Assembly (NCBI RefSeq): GCF_001194135.2
Contig: NC_069006.1
Location: 16,317,766-16,381,765, forward strand
Source: Octopus bimaculoides
Lineage: Eukaryota
Length of the DNA stretch: 64,000 bases
Direction: 5' to 3'
The translations under genes and the position numbers were made by a program. The stretch's first letter is position 1; every line of letters starts with the position of its first letter. Below, piece after piece: positions 62,761 through 64,000 of this stretch. The notes below the pieces were generated by a model. It was not told where the DNA came from. It did not search any database and worked only from the letters and a program-made list of their open reading frames with translations.

Positions 62761-62920
62761 ATATATACATATACATATATATATGTGTATACAACATGCA
62801 TATATGTATGCCCTGTAAAAGAACTTGAAAGGTTGGGCTTCCAATCGGGCCACTAGCAATACCCTTAAAGCCAGGAACTTTTTAACAACCCCTTATATGT
62901 GTGTGAGCGTGTGTGTTTTA

Positions 62921-63530
62921 GGGGATACTGAAAAGTTCCTGGCTTTGGGTAAAAGAAACTGGTTGGCACTCCGTCGCTTACGACGTCGAGGGTTCCAGTT
63001 GATCCGATCAACGGAACAGCCTGCTCGTGAAATTAACGTGCAAGTGACTGAGCACTCCACAGACACGTGTACCCTTAACGTAGTTCTCGGGGATATTCAG
63101 CGTGACACATACTGTGACAAGGCTGACCCCTTTGAATTACAGGCACAACAGAAACAGGAAGAAAGAGTGAGAGAAAGTTGTGGTGAAAGAGTACAGCAGG
63201 GTTCGCCACTATCCCCTGCCGGAGCCTCGTGGAGCTTTAGGTGTTTTCGCTCAATAAACACTCACAATGCCCGGTCTGGGAATCGAAACCGCGATCCTAT
63301 GACCGCGAGTCCGCTGCACTAACCACTGGGCCATTGCGCCTCCACTGGGTAAAAGAAAATACAGGAGAATAAGTTAATTATGATTTTATTGAACATATTC
63401 CCCTCTCAGATTTACAACTTATGGCAGTGGTTCTTCAGTTTTTCTAAGCCCTGTAAAACAACTCATAAGGTTGGGCTTCCAACCAGGCCTTTTGCAATAC
63501 CCTTAAAGCCAGGAACTTTTAGCAGCCCCC
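62921..63530. mobile_element. Mariner-derived MITE (family M) with nested SINE A
   Basis: CTGAAAAGTTCCTGGCTTT / AAAGCCAGGAACTTTTAG TIRs; a partial M copy lies just upstream (62810-62892). Confidence 0.85.
62959..63345 (-). mobile_element. Full-length SINE family A nested in mariner MITE
   Basis: 13-bp TSD TGGGTAAAAGAAA at 62946-62958 and 63346-63358. Confidence 0.92.
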
Positions 63531-64000
63531 ACCACCCCCATATACACTCACAAGCAGGCATGTGTAAGAATCATGTTGCCTCTAGATATTACACACATCT
63601 ATACATGCATGCCTTATCTGTCTAAAACTTTTGTGCGTGTGTGTACATCCATTAGCTTTCGTAAAATACAATAATAAATTATCCAAACACATTATATAAG
63701 TCAATATGGAACACTGCAAACATTTGGAGATACTACATCCATTGTCGTGTGATATCCCTGGTGTATCCATGCGATGAAGGTGTCATATATTACAGGTCCA
63801 ATGTCAATGCTCCAGGCAGAGCAAACTTGGGAATAGTTGAAATGTAAACAGGTTGGTGCATTATGAGATCATTTGCCTGATATAATAATGCTTGATGTGG
63901 GCAGTGATAGTAACAGATATTCCAGTGTATTGCCTTTGATATAAGTATACCTAGGAGATATATATATATATATGTAATCATCACCATCATTTAATGTCTG

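Noticed and set aside
2482-63345. Recurring near-identical blocks as a CRISPR-like or gene-cassette array
   Set aside because: Dispersed, both orientations, individual TSDs: ordinary SINE copies, not regularly spaced repeats.
63700-63955. Unique segment after a CTCCTAG acceptor-like site on the minus strand
   Set aside because: All three frames hit stops before any convincing donor; no recognisable motif; cannot be supported without RNA-seq.

Overview
AT-rich, repeat-saturated eukaryotic scaffold with 11 N-gaps. The repeat content (tRNA-headed SINEs, RTE 3' ends with (ATG)n tails, dense TA/CA/GATA microsatellites) looks like a coleoid cephalopod, probably Octopus; this is an inference. I found no supportable host exon, rRNA, true tRNA gene or CRISPR, so the window reads as intronic/intergenic DNA. 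Most ORF-track entries are microsatellite or N-gap artefacts. Content, using my own family labels: tRNA-derived SINEs (A, A2, B, C, G, I) that swap heads, central domains and tails; RTE, R4/Dong and Penelope-like (PLE) retroelement remnants; three mariner lineages; hAT MITEs with 8-bp TSDs; many TTAA-flanked piggyBac-like MITEs (E). Best leads: a near-canonical type I hammerhead ribozyme fold (56632-56690); a repeated minimal hammerhead-like motif with a CUGU core; a 32-bp inverted repeat enclosing a (CCCTAA)n/(TTAGGG)n palindrome; an RTE insertion with twin-priming-type inversion and intact TSD; two short templated patches copied between repeats. All alignments were done by eye; coordinates of decayed copies are approximate.
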